From Eledone cirrhosa (lineage: Eukaryota), in NCBI GenBank assembly GCA_964016885.1, contig OZ024753.1:25606001-25670000 (forward strand): a DNA stretch of 64,000 bases. The letters run 5' to 3'. Each line of letters starts with the position of its first letter. The stretch's first letter is position 1. Positions 38,359 to 50,200 of the stretch are shown in pieces. The position numbers and the translations under genes are program-made. The notes beneath the pieces are model-generated. The model was not told where the DNA came from. It searched no databases and saw only the letters and a list, made by a program, of their open reading frames with translations.

Positions 38359-39004
38359 ATGGAAAAGAATGAAACGAAATTTCATTTCTCACTCTTAGTA
38401 CGGCTGATACTTAAGTGTAAGTATGTATGTATACGCACATACATATATGTATACAGACGTACAGGAGTATGTATATATCTACATACATGCACACATATAT
38501 ATATATGTACGTATGGGTTTACCGAACATTTATTATAATGTTCGGTTTGTTTGTAAACAAACAGCCCGAATTACGCCGTACAGTGTTCAGGCAACCATCC
38601 TCGCCTTTTTGTTAAACACTGACACAGGAACGATGTACTAGTTTCAAGCTTATTAGCTATCGTCAGCATAGTATACCTTCCGGTCAGATGATTGAACGTC
38701 TGAAAGTATATACTTTCCTTATGCATATTAACGGCTGAGCAGCCTAATTTGCATATCGAGTGAGTTAGTCGGCCGGGCACACCGAAAACGATAAATGGAA
38801 AAGAATGAAACGAAATTTCATTTCTCACTCTTAATACGGCTGATACTTAAGTGTAAGTATGTATGTATACGCACATACATATATGTATACAGACGTACAG
38901 TAGCATGCATATATATACATACATGCACACATATATATATGTACGTATGGGTTTACCGAACATTTATTATAATGTTCGGTTTGTTTGTAAACAAACAGCC
39001 CGAA
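38359..39004. repeat. Partial direct tandem duplication (period ~436 bp) between TA runs
   Basis: TGGAAAAGAATGAAACGAAATTTC..ACAGCCCGAA at 38360-38570 repeated at 38796-39004. Confidence 0.8.
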
Positions 39005-39171
39005 CTATTATATATATAGAACTATTAAAGCCTGGTATATTTCTCAATTGATATATCTCAATATATCGTTTAAATGTATTTTATATTACATATAGACATA
39101 TAAATATACGTAAACGTATATATGTACATACGCACACACAGACACACACAAACAAAGAGACACACAGACAG

Positions 39172-39204
<33 letters not shown>

Positions 39205-39283
39205 TCCCCCCATACATATATAGTTCAAGAATAAACGAGACACACAGAGACTCTTACAACTATATGTCTTATTTGAACTCATT

Positions 39284-39467
39284 GGTGGATTGGCAGTATC
39301 GGTAGAGGGTCGGACACCATACTTTCCAGCACAGAGTTACGCCCCTTTATGGTCTGAGTTCAAATCCCGCCGAGGTTAACTTTGCCTTTCACCCTTACGG
39401 GGTCGATAAAATAAAGTACCAGTAATGAACTGGGATAATTGCTGGCCTTGTGCCAAAAGTAGAAACA
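39284..39467 (+). mobile_element. SINE family A, full length
   Basis: GGTGGATTGGCAGTATCGGTAGAGGG head, B box, family body. Confidence 0.88.
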
Positions 39468-39675
39468 CTGATGACTTCATAATGAGTTCTTGATACGACT
39501 TTAACTCTTACTGTGACAGATGCCTGTTGACCCACAACTGGCTCTGGGTCAATATAAGAAGTTTCAAGAATAAGATCTTAGAGTCAGGAGAAGGAATAAT
39601 CTATTTATGTTTACATATCTGTTGAAGTTCAACGGTAACTCCCATTATGTTTACTCCACCCCCGCGCTTCCTTGT

Positions 39676-40145
39676 GTGGTTCATCTATACCTTGTATTAT
39701 TTTACCTCCTTTTATATCTTGTGACGTTCAACTCAATAAGGCTCACTTCTTTTTATATCTTGTGACGTTCATCACCTCTTTACACACCTTGTGAGATTCA
39801 ACTCTTATATAAGGCTCACTTCTTATTATACCTTGTCAGGTTCATCTATATCTTATATTAGGCTCACCTCTTTACATATCTTATGAATTTCATCTATATC
39901 TTATATAAGGTTCATCCTCTTATTATACCTTGTATGGTTCAAGTATATCTTATATTAGGTTTACCTCTTTTTATATCTTGTGAGGTTCAAGGCTCACCTC
40001 TTTACACACCTTATGAGGTTCCAGTCTTATATTAGGCTCATCTCTTTACATATCTTGTGAGGTTCAAGTCTATATTATATTAGGCTCAATTTCTTTCATA
40101 TTTTTTAGATTTAATTATATCTTACATTATACTCATCTATTTTCA
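39676..40145. repeat. Degenerate ~42-bp tandem repeat
   Basis: Recurring TCATCTATATCTTATATTAGGCTCACCTCTTTACATATCTTGTGAGG-like units. Confidence 0.6.
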
Positions 40146-40529
40146 TATGGCATTAGTGTCTACTGTGTCTTATATTACGCCGGTGAGATCCTAAACTTGG
40201 TCTTTCTGAGCGTCTCTTAGAACTATTATTGGAATGTATGTTGATTATATGAGTTTTAATTTATTTCGCTTAAAGAAGCACAGACAACTATTTTAATTTA
40301 TTCGTTCCTAAAGATTAATTACAAAAGAGCAGGAAGAGTGATAAGATTTCAAATTTGTATTTCAACGACTAAAAATATTAGCTTTACTTTGCTAATTACT
40401 AAAGTAAAATTAAAACAAAAAATTGGAAAAAAATATTATTTGAGCTGTCGAACGACAAAATATTGGGAATAAAATAACAACAAAAAACAACAAAGTAATA
40501 ATTGTTAGAATTAGTAGTAATAATTATTT

Positions 40530-41040
40530 TTGCTTTTGGCACAAGAGCAGAAATTTGAGGATAATGGGAAAATTGGTTATATCAACAACTTCCCCATTAT
40601 TTAACTGGTATTTCATTTTACCGGAAGGATGAAAAGCAAAGTTGACTTCGTTGGGATGTTAAGGATTTGTCCGACATTCTAACAACTCTAGCAATTCATT
40701 GCAAATAATAATAATTGTTTCTACTTTTGGCACAAGGCCAGCAATTACCCAGGACATTACTGGTACTTTATTTTATCGACTCCGTAAGGATGAAAGGCAA
40801 AGTTAACCTCGACGAGATTTGAACTCACATCATAAAGGGCCGTAACTTTATGTTGCAAAGCATGGTGTCCGACACTCTACCGATACGGCCAATAATAATG
40901 GTTTATACTATAGGCACAAGGCCAGCGATTTGGGGGGAGAGGAGTCGATTATATCGACACCAGTGTATTACTGCTATTCTATTTTATCAATCCAGTAAGG
41001 ATGAAAGACAAAGCTAACTTCGGCTTAAAGGGGCATAGCT
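40530..41040 (-). mobile_element. Cluster of three same-orientation SINE family A copies (best copy 40712-40892)
   Basis: Repeated GGCACAAG..GAAGGATGAAAG.CAAAG blocks. Confidence 0.8.
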
Positions 41041-41041
41041 C

Positions 41042-41120
<79 letters not shown>

Positions 41121-41134
41121 ATATATATATATAT

Positions 41135-41208
<74 letters not shown>

Positions 41209-41259
41209 GGTTTGAATATGTATAAATGTATAATAAAGCCAAAACAATGCAGGTATGGA

Positions 41260-42510
41260 CATTGCCGAGGTTTCTTTCCTTAGTTTCTATCCTAACTGTT
41301 ATGGTTTTGTCGATGTTTTTGCATTTAACTAGGTGTTTCTTAAATGAGGAAGCGTTAGTATTGAGGTGTTCTTTTATTCTTATGTGGAGTGGTCTGGTGG
41401 TGCTACCTACGTAGAAGTTATTGCATTTGTCACACTCTAGTCTGTATACGACGTAAGCCTGGTGGCATAGGTCTGTGTCGTTGATGGGGCAGTTGGCTAG
41501 TCTGCAGCAGTTGTCATGTCTGGTGGAGTGTCTTTTGGTTAGCTGTCCGCGTAGGGAAGGACCTGAGTGGGCCAGTTGGATATCTAGTCCCTCTCGTCTG
41601 ATAGCTCTGTGGATGGCTGTTGTTGTTTCTTCACTGAAGTGTGGGAGCTTCAGGAAGCAAGTGTTAGTGCCTCGGGTGTCGTGTCCTCTGTTCTTTCTGG
41701 CACGGTTTGTGGTGGATGTCGTGTATCCGTTCAGTTTGAGTACTTCCAGGAAATGTGTGGTGTGTGTGTCTCGGTCTCTAGCGTCGGTGCATTTGTTTCG
41801 GATACGTGCCAGTTCGTTCCTTATGTATCCGAACTTGGCACCGAGTGGGAGGGCCGATCTGAAATGTACGAACAGGTCCCTGCTGGCGGCTTTTTTATAG
41901 AAGCAGGTGTGGATGTTGCCTTCCTCTGTTACCCTGAGTTGGAAGTCCAGTAGGGATAGGGATCCGCGGTCATCGGGGTGTTCCATGCTGAACTTTATAC
42001 TGGCGTCCATGTTGGAGAATGTTGTGTATATTTTATCTGCCTCCCCACGGGATGATGTAAGGATGAGTATGTCATCTACATATCGGGTGAAGAAGGTATG
42101 GGAATGGCAGGTGTTGAGGGCTCGGCATTCTAGCTGGTTCATGTAGGTGATGGCCAGCAGGGCCGATAGGCTGGATCCCATGGGTAATCCTGTTGTCTGT
42201 CTGTATGTGTGGTGGTGGAAGGTGAAGTACGTGTTGTCTACTGTGAAGGACAAAAGCTGGTGTATGTCCGTCGGGTGGAGGCCGTAGCAGTGGATCTCCT
42301 CTGCGACCACGCAGTCCGTCAATAAATCGACAGCTGGATGAGCGGGGACTGTAGTGTAGAGGGAGACAACGTCGAGGCTAAAGGCGTATTTATTTAGTTT
42401 AAGTTGTTCTGGCTGGAGTTGGTGTAGTCTACGTATAACTTCGCCGGAGCTTCTGACATGCCCGGGAAAGGTGGAGAGTAGAGGCTTGAGGACTTGGGAG
42501 AGGATGAGCA
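41260..42510 (-). mobile_element. Penelope-like element, open RT + GIY-YIG segment, truncated at both ends
   Basis: SLDVVSLYT, GLPMGSSLS, RYVDD, LSLLD; VVYRLECDKCNNFYVGST.R.L..RIKEH GIY-YIG. Confidence 0.92.
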
Positions 42511-42608
42511 CGACGGAAGAGCTCAAGCCGTTTCGACGGCTATTTCTGGACGCAGAAATAGCCGTCGAAACGGCTTGAGCTCTGCCGTCGGGGTCATACT
42601 TGCTCCTA
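42511..42608. repeat. Palindromic GC-rich element; also at 23048-23119/29115-29164 (split by the Gypsy) and a half copy at 42692-42742
   Basis: CGACGG.AGAGCTCAAGCCGTTTCGACGGCTATTTCTG-GACG-CAGAAATAGCCGTCGAAACGGCTTGAGCTCTGCCGTCG. Confidence 0.85.
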
Positions 42609-42628
42609 TATATATATATATATCGCTA

Positions 42629-42695
<67 letters not shown>

Positions 42696-42753
42696 AGCAC
42701 GCATGACCCCGACGGCAGAGCTCAAGCAGTTTCGACGGCTATATATCTCGCTA

Positions 42754-42821
<68 letters not shown>

Positions 42822-42906
42822 AAAAATTGAACGGGAACAAAACAAGGAGGCAGTACGAACAAAGGTTTATTAGTTTCACGCTCTTGAGAGTGGGGTGGTG
42901 GTGGGG

Positions 42907-42940
42907 AACGACGTTTCGGGCATAAGCCCTTCTTCAGGTG
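42907..42940 (-). ncRNA. Minimal hammerhead ribozyme motif in a GT-rich pLTR-like region
   Basis: Minus: AC-CTGAAGA-A-GGGC(TTAT)GCCC-GAAA-CG-TC-GT; core intact, stem I short. Confidence 0.7.
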
Positions 42941-44204
42941 AAAAGTGTGTGGGAAGAGAGTTCCAAGGGTGTGTAGGGGAGTGGTGGAGAGACATAGAAA
43001 AAAGGGGGTGAGAGGAAACGGTGCAAATGAAATTAAATATAAAGGCATGATCAAAATAAAATTAAAAATACACATGGAGTAAACAGGTGGTCGAAGTGTG
43101 TGGGGCGTGTAGGGGTGGTGGCGGGTGGAGTGGGGAGAGGGAGACGGGGTGTCCGAGCTGGAAGGGCTGAAGGTGGTGTGTGTGTGTAGGTGTACGTGTG
43201 TGTGTGTGTGTGTATGTGAAAGTAAGAGTTGGGGGAAGAACGGGGTTGCATGTTCAGGAAGAGGTGTGTGTGGGGTAGGGTGTAGGTCGAAGTGTGTGTG
43301 CGTGGGTGGATAGAGGGGTGGGCGGATAGGATTCCGGAGGCTGAATGTGTAAATATGTGGTGGTACGCACGTGTGTGTGTGGTGTTTATGCGTGTTGTGG
43401 ATCTAAGTGGCGTGTGGGGAAAAAAATTTGTTTTGGGTGTATGTCCGAGGGTGAGTCGTTAAGGTAATTCCGTAAAAGGATGTGGTGGAATGCTGAGTAA
43501 TATCCTTGGGATGCGGTGGATTCTCGGGATCAAGGTTCACATATGTGTAATCCGTGAAGAGATTGGTCGGAAGAGGGGAGATGTGGGGTGCGCGCGCAAC
43601 AGGAAGTGGTCAGAGGGTCAAGGCAGGAGGAGGGTTGTGTGTCTGTGTGTGCGGGGAGGTGGTCAGAGAGGCATAGCAGCAGTAGGGTAGAATGGTAAGT
43701 GAAGAAAGTCGGTGTGTCAGTGTGTGCGGAGGTGCGGTGGACAGGGGAGAGGATGGGTAGGTGTGAAAGTTGGAGTGTGGAGGTGGTGTGTGTGTATTAG
43801 TAGAGGTGTTAGTGGGATGTGTGTGTGTTTGAGAAAGGGTGTGGGTGGAGCGGGGAGAGAAGGGTGTGGGGGCCGATGGAGGTAGTGTAGTGTACTGGTG
43901 TGTGTGTACGTTTTTGGATGAGTTTGTGTGTGGTGAAGGGGGTGTTAGTGGGTGTTAGTATACTGGAGGTGGAGAAAGAGTTGAATGCGGGTGTGAGTGG
44001 GGGTCAGTGGTGGTAGGGTGTGTAGAGTGGGTGGTGTAAGAGGGTGTGTGTGTTTGTGTGCGTAGGGTTGGGGGGTGTTAGTGATATATATATATATATA
44101 TAGTTCCAAATACTTCCAATCCACCGCCCTTCAGCTGACCCCAATAATAGAAAAACCCAACAAACCCAAACTACCCCCCCCCCCATCTAAACCAGATTCA
44201 ATAG

Positions 44205-47200
44205 TGTGGCTGTAATGGTGGCTGTAATGGTGGCTGTAATGGTTGTTGTAATGGTGGCTCTAATGGTGGGTGAAATGGTGGCTGTAATGGTGGCTGTAAT
44301 GGTGGCTGTAATGGTGGTTGTATTGGTGGCTGTAATGGTGGCTGTAATGGTGGCTGTAATGGTGGTTGTAATGGTGGCTGTAATGGTGGCTGTAATGGTT
44401 GTTTTAATGGTGGCTATAATGGTGGCTGTAATGGTGGCTGTAATGGTGGCTGTAATGGTGGCTGTAATGGTGGCTGTAATGGTGGCTGTAATGGTGGTTG
44501 TAATGGTGGCTCTAATGGTGGCTGTAATGGTGGCTGTAATGGTGGCTCTAATGGTGGCTGTAATGGTCGCTGTAATGGTGGCTGTAATGGTGGCTGTAAT
44601 GGTTGTTTTAATGGTGGCTGTAATGGTGGCTGTAATGGTGGCTGTAATGGTGGCTGTAATGGTGGCTGTAATAATGGATGTAATGGTGGCTGTAATGGTG
44701 GCTGTAATGGTGGCTGTAATAATGGATGTAATGGGGGCTGTAATGGTGGCTGTAATGGTGGCTGTAATGGTGGCTGTAATGGTGGCTGTAATGGTGGCTC
44801 TAATGGTGGCTGTAATGGTGGCTGTAATGGTGGGTGTAATGGTGGCTGTAATGGTGGCTCTAATGGTGGCTGTAATGGTGGCTGTAATGGTGGCTGTAAT
44901 GGTGGCTGTAATGGTGGCTGTAATGGTGGCTGTAATGGGGGCTGTAATGGTGGGTGTAATGGTGGCTGTAATGGTGGCTGTAATGGTGGCTGTAATGGTC
45001 GCTGTAATGGTGGCTGTAATGGTGGCTCTAATGGTGGCTGTAATGGTGGCTGTAATGGTGGCTGTAATGGTTGTTGTAATGGTGGCTGTAATGGTGGCTG
45101 TAATGGTGGCTGTAATGGTGGTTGTAATGGTGGCTGTAATGGTGGCTGTAATGGTGGCTGTAATGGTGGCTGTAATGGTGGCTGTAATGGTGGCTGTAAT
45201 GGTGGCTGTAATGGTGGCTGTAATGGTGGCTGTAATGGTGGCTGTAATGGTGGCTGTAATGGTGGCTGTAATGGTGGCTGTAATGGTTGTTGTAATGGTG
45301 GCTGTAATGGTGGCTGTAATGGTGGCTGTAATGGTCGCTGTAATGGTGGCTGTAATGGTGGCTGTAATGGTGGCTGTAATGGTGGCTGTAATGGTGGCTG
45401 TAATGGTTGTTGTAATGGTGGCTGTAATGGTGGCTGTAATGGTGGCTGTAATGGTCGCTGTAATGGTGGCTGTAATGGTGGCTGTAATGGTGGCTGTAAT
45501 GGTGGCTGTAATGGTGGCTGTAATGGTGGTTGTAATAATGGCTGTAATGGTGGCTGTAATGGTGGTTGTAATGGTGGCTATAATGGTGGCTGTAATGGTG
45601 GCTGTAATGGTGGCTGTAATGGTTGTTGTAATGGTGGCTGTAATGGTGGCTCTAATGGTGGCTATAATGGTGGCTGTAATGGTGGCTGTAATGGTGGCTG
45701 TAATGGTTGTTGTAATGGTGGCTGTAATGGTGGCTCTAATGGTGGCTATAATGGTGGCTGTAATGGTGGCTGTAATGGTGGCTGTAATGGTGGCTGTAAT
45801 GGTTGTTGTAATGGTGGCTGTAATGGTGGCTGTAATGGTGGCTGTAATGGTGGCTGTAATGGTGGCTGTAATGGTGGCTGTAATGGTGGTTGTAATGGTG
45901 GCTGTAATGGTGGTTGTAATGGTGGCTGTAATGGTGGCTGTAATGGTGGCTGTAATGGTGGTTGTAATGGTGGCTGTAATGGTGGCTGTAATGGTGGTTG
46001 TAATGGTGGCTGTAATGGTGGCTGTAATGGTGGCTGTAATGGTGGCTGTAATGGTGGCTGTAATGGTGGTTGTAATGGTGGCTGTAATGGTGGCTGTAAT
46101 GGTGGCTGTAATGGTGGCTGTAATGGTGGCTGTAATGGTGGCTGTAATGGTGGCTGTAATGGTGGATGTAATGGTGGCTGTAATGGTGGCTGTAATGGTG
46201 GCTGTAATGGTGGCTGTAATGGGGGCTGTAATGGTGGCTGTAATGGTGGCTGTAATGGTGGCTGTAATGGGGGCTGTAATGGTGGCTGTAATGGTGGCTG
46301 TAATGGTGGCTCTAATGGTGGCTGTAATAATGGATGTAATGGTGGCTGTAATGGTGGCTGTAATGGTGGCTGTAATGGTGGCTATAATGGTGGCTATAAT
46401 GGTGGCTGTAATGGTGGCTGTAATGGTGGCTGTAATGGTGGCTGTAATGATGGTTGTAATGGTGGCTGTAATGGTGGCTGTAATGGTGGCTGTAATGGTG
46501 GCTGTAATGGTGGCTGTAATGGTGGCTGTAATGGTGGCTGTAATGGTGGCTGTAATGGTGGCTGTAATGGTGGCTGTAATGGTGGTTGTAATGGTGGCTG
46601 TAATGGTGGCTGTAATGGTGGCTGTAATGGTGGATGTAATGGTGGCTGTAATGGTGGCTGTAATGGTGGCTGTAATGGTGGTTGTAATGGTGGCTGTAAT
46701 GGTGGCTGTAATGGTGGCTGTAATGGTGGCTGTAATGGTGGCTGTAATGGTGGCTGTAATGGTGGCTCTAATGGTGGCTGTAATGGTGGCTCTAATGGTG
46801 GCTGTAATGGTGGTTGTAATGGTGGCTGTAATGGTGGCTGTAATGGTGGCTGTAATGGTGGTTGTAATGGTGGCTGTAATGGTGGCTGTAATGGTTGCTG
46901 TAATGGTGGCTGTAATGGTGGCTGTAATGGGGGCTGTAATGGTGGCTGTAATGGTGGCTGTAATGGTGGCTGTAATGGTGGCTGTAATGGTGGCTGTAAT
47001 GGTGGCTGTAATGGTGGCTGTAATGGTGGCTGTAATGGTGGCTCTAATGGTGGCTGTAATGGTGGCTGTAATGGTGGCTGTAATGGTGGCTGTAATGGTG
47101 GCTGTAATGGTGGCTGTAATGGTGGCTGTAATGGTGGCTGTAATGGTGGCTGTAATGGTCACTGTAATGGTGGCTGTAATGGTGGCTCTAATGGTGGCTG

Positions 47201-50200
47201 TAATGGTGGCTGTAATGGTGGCTGTAATGGTGGCTGTAATGGTGGTTGTAATGGTGGCTGTAATGGTGGCTGTAATGGTGGCTGTAATGGTGGCTGTAAT
47301 GGTGGCTCTAATGGTGGCTGTAATGGTGGCTGTAATGGTGGCTGTAATGGTGGCTGTAATGGTGGCTGTAATGGTGGTTGTAATGGTGGATGTAATGGTG
47401 GCTGTAATGGTGGCTGTATTGGTGGCTGTAATGGTGGCTCTAATGGTGGCTGTAATGGTGGCTGTAATGGTGGCTGTATTGGTGGTTGTAATGGTGGCTG
47501 TAATGGTGGCTGTAATGGTGGCTGTAATGGTGGCTGTAATGGTGGCTGTAATGGTGGCTGTATTGGTGGTTGTAATGGTGGCTCTAATGGTGGTTGTAAT
47601 GGTGGCTGTAATGGTGGCTGTAATGGTGGCTGTAATGGTGGCTCTAATGGTGGCTGTAATAATGGCTGTAATGGTGGCTGTAATGGTGGCTGTAATGGTG
47701 GTTGTAATGGTGGCTGTAATGGTGGCTGTAATGGTGGCTGTAATGGTGGTTGTAATGGTGGCTGTAATGGTGGCTGTAATGGTGGCTGTAATGGTGGCTG
47801 TAATGGTGGCTGTAATGGTGGCTGTAATGGTGGCTGTAATGGTGGCTGTAATGGTGGCTGTAATGGGGGCTGTAATGGTGGCTGTAATGGTGGCTGTAAT
47901 GGTGGTTGTAATGGTGGCTGTAATGGTGGCTGTAATGGTGACTGTAATGGTGGCTCTAATGGTGGCTGTAATGGTGGATGTAATGGTGGCTGTAATGGTG
48001 GCTGTAATGGTGGCTGTAATGGTGGCTGTAATGGTGGCTCTAATGGTGGCTGTAATAATGGCTGTAATGGTGGCTGTAATGGTGGTTGTAATGGTGGCTG
48101 TAATGGTGGCTGTAATGGTGGCTTTAATGGTGGCTGTAATGGTGGCTGTAATGGTGGCTGTAATGGGGGCTGTAATGGTGGCTGTAATGGTGGCTGTAAT
48201 GGGGGCTGTAATGGTGGCTGTAATGGTGGCTGTAATGGTGGCTGTAATGGTGGCTGTAATGGTGGCTGTAATGGGGGCTGTAATGGTGGCTGTAATGGTG
48301 GCTGTAATGGTGGCTGTAATGGTGGCTGTAATGGTGGCTGTAATGGTGGCTGTAATGGTGGCTGTAATGGTGGCTGTAATGGTCACTGTAATGGTGGCTG
48401 TAATGGTGGCTGTAATGGTGGCTGTAATGGTGGCTGTAATGGTCACTGTAATGGTGGCTGTAATGGTGGCTGTAATGGTGGCTGTAATGGTGGCTGTAAT
48501 GGTGGCTGTAATGGTGGCTGTAATGGTGGCTGTAATGGTGGCTGTAATGGTCACTGTAATGGTGGCTGTAATGGTGGCTGTAATGGTGGCTGTAATGGTG
48601 GTTGTAATGGTGGCTGTAATGGTGGCTGTAATGGTGGCTGTAATGGTGGCTGTAATGGTCACTGTAATGGTGGCTGTAATGGTGGCTGTAATGGTGGCTG
48701 TAATGGTGGCTGTAATGGTGGCTGTAATGGTGGCTGTAATGGTCACTGTAATGGTGGCTGTAATGGTGGCTGTAATGGTGGCTGTAATGGTGGCTGTAAT
48801 GGTGGCTGTAATGGTGGCTGTAATGGTGGCTGTAATGGTGGCTGTAATGGTGGCTCTAATGGTGGCTGTAATAGTGGATGTAATGGTGGCTGTAATACTG
48901 GCTGTAATGGTGGTTGTAATGGTGGCTATAATGGTGGCTATAATGGTGGCTGTAATGGTGGCTGTAATGGTGGCTGTAATGGTGGCTGTAATGGTGGCTG
49001 TAATGGTGGCTGTAATGGTGGTTGTAATAATGGCTGTAATGGTGGCTGTAATGGTGGCTGTAATGGGGGCTGTAATGGTGGCTGTAATGGTGGCTGTAAT
49101 GGTGGCTCTAATGGTGGCTGTAATAATGGATGTAATGGTGGCTGTAATGGTGGCTGTAATGGTGGTTGTAATGGTGGCTATAATGGTGGCTATAATGGTG
49201 GCTGTAATGGTGGCTGTAATGGTGGCTGTAATGGTGGCTGTAATGATGGTTGTAATGGTGGCTGTAATGGTGGCTGTAATGGTGGCTGTAATGGTGGCTG
49301 TAATGGTGGCTGTAATGGTGGCTGTAATGGTGGCTGTAATGGTGGCTGTAATGGGGGCTGTAATGGTGGCTGTAATGGTGGATGTAATGGTGGCTGTAAT
49401 GGGGGCTGTAATGGTGGATGTAATGGTGGCTGTGATGGTGGCTGTAATGGTGGCTGTAATGGTGGCTGTAATGGTGGCTGTAATGGTGGCTGTAATGGTG
49501 GCTGTAATGGTGGCTGTAATGGTGGCTGTAATGGTGGCTGTAATGGTGGCTGTAATGGTGGCTGTAATGGTGGTTGTAATGGTGGCTGTAATGGTGGCTG
49601 TAATGGTGGCTGTAATGGTGGCTGTAATGGTGGCTGTAATGGTGGCTGTAATGGTGGCTGTAATGGTGGCTGTAATGGTGCCTGTAATGGTGGCTGTAAT
49701 GGTGGCTCTAATGGTGGCTGTAATGGTGGCTGTAATGGTGGCTGTAATGGTGGTTGTAATGGTGGCTGTAATCGTGGCTGTAATGGTGGCTGTAATGGTG
49801 GGTCTAATGGTGGCTGTAATGGTGGTTGTAATGGTGGCTGTAATGGTGGCTGTAATGGTGGCTGTAATGGTGGTTGTAATGGTGGCTGTAATGGTGGCTG
49901 TAATGGTGGCTGTAATGGTGGCTGTAATGGGGGCTGTAATGGTGGCTGTAATGGTGGCTGTAATAATGGCTGTAATGGTGGCTGTAATGGTGGCTGTAAT
50001 GGGGGCTGTCATGGTGGCTGTAATGGTGGTTGTAATGGTGGCTGTAATGGTGGCTGTAATGGTGGCTGTAATGGTGGCTGTAATGGTGGCTGTAATGGTG
50101 GCTGTAATGGTGGCTGTAATGGTGGCTCTAATGGTGGCTGTAATGGTGGTTGTAATGGTGGCTGTAATGGTGGCTCTAATGGTGGCTGTAATGGTGGCTG

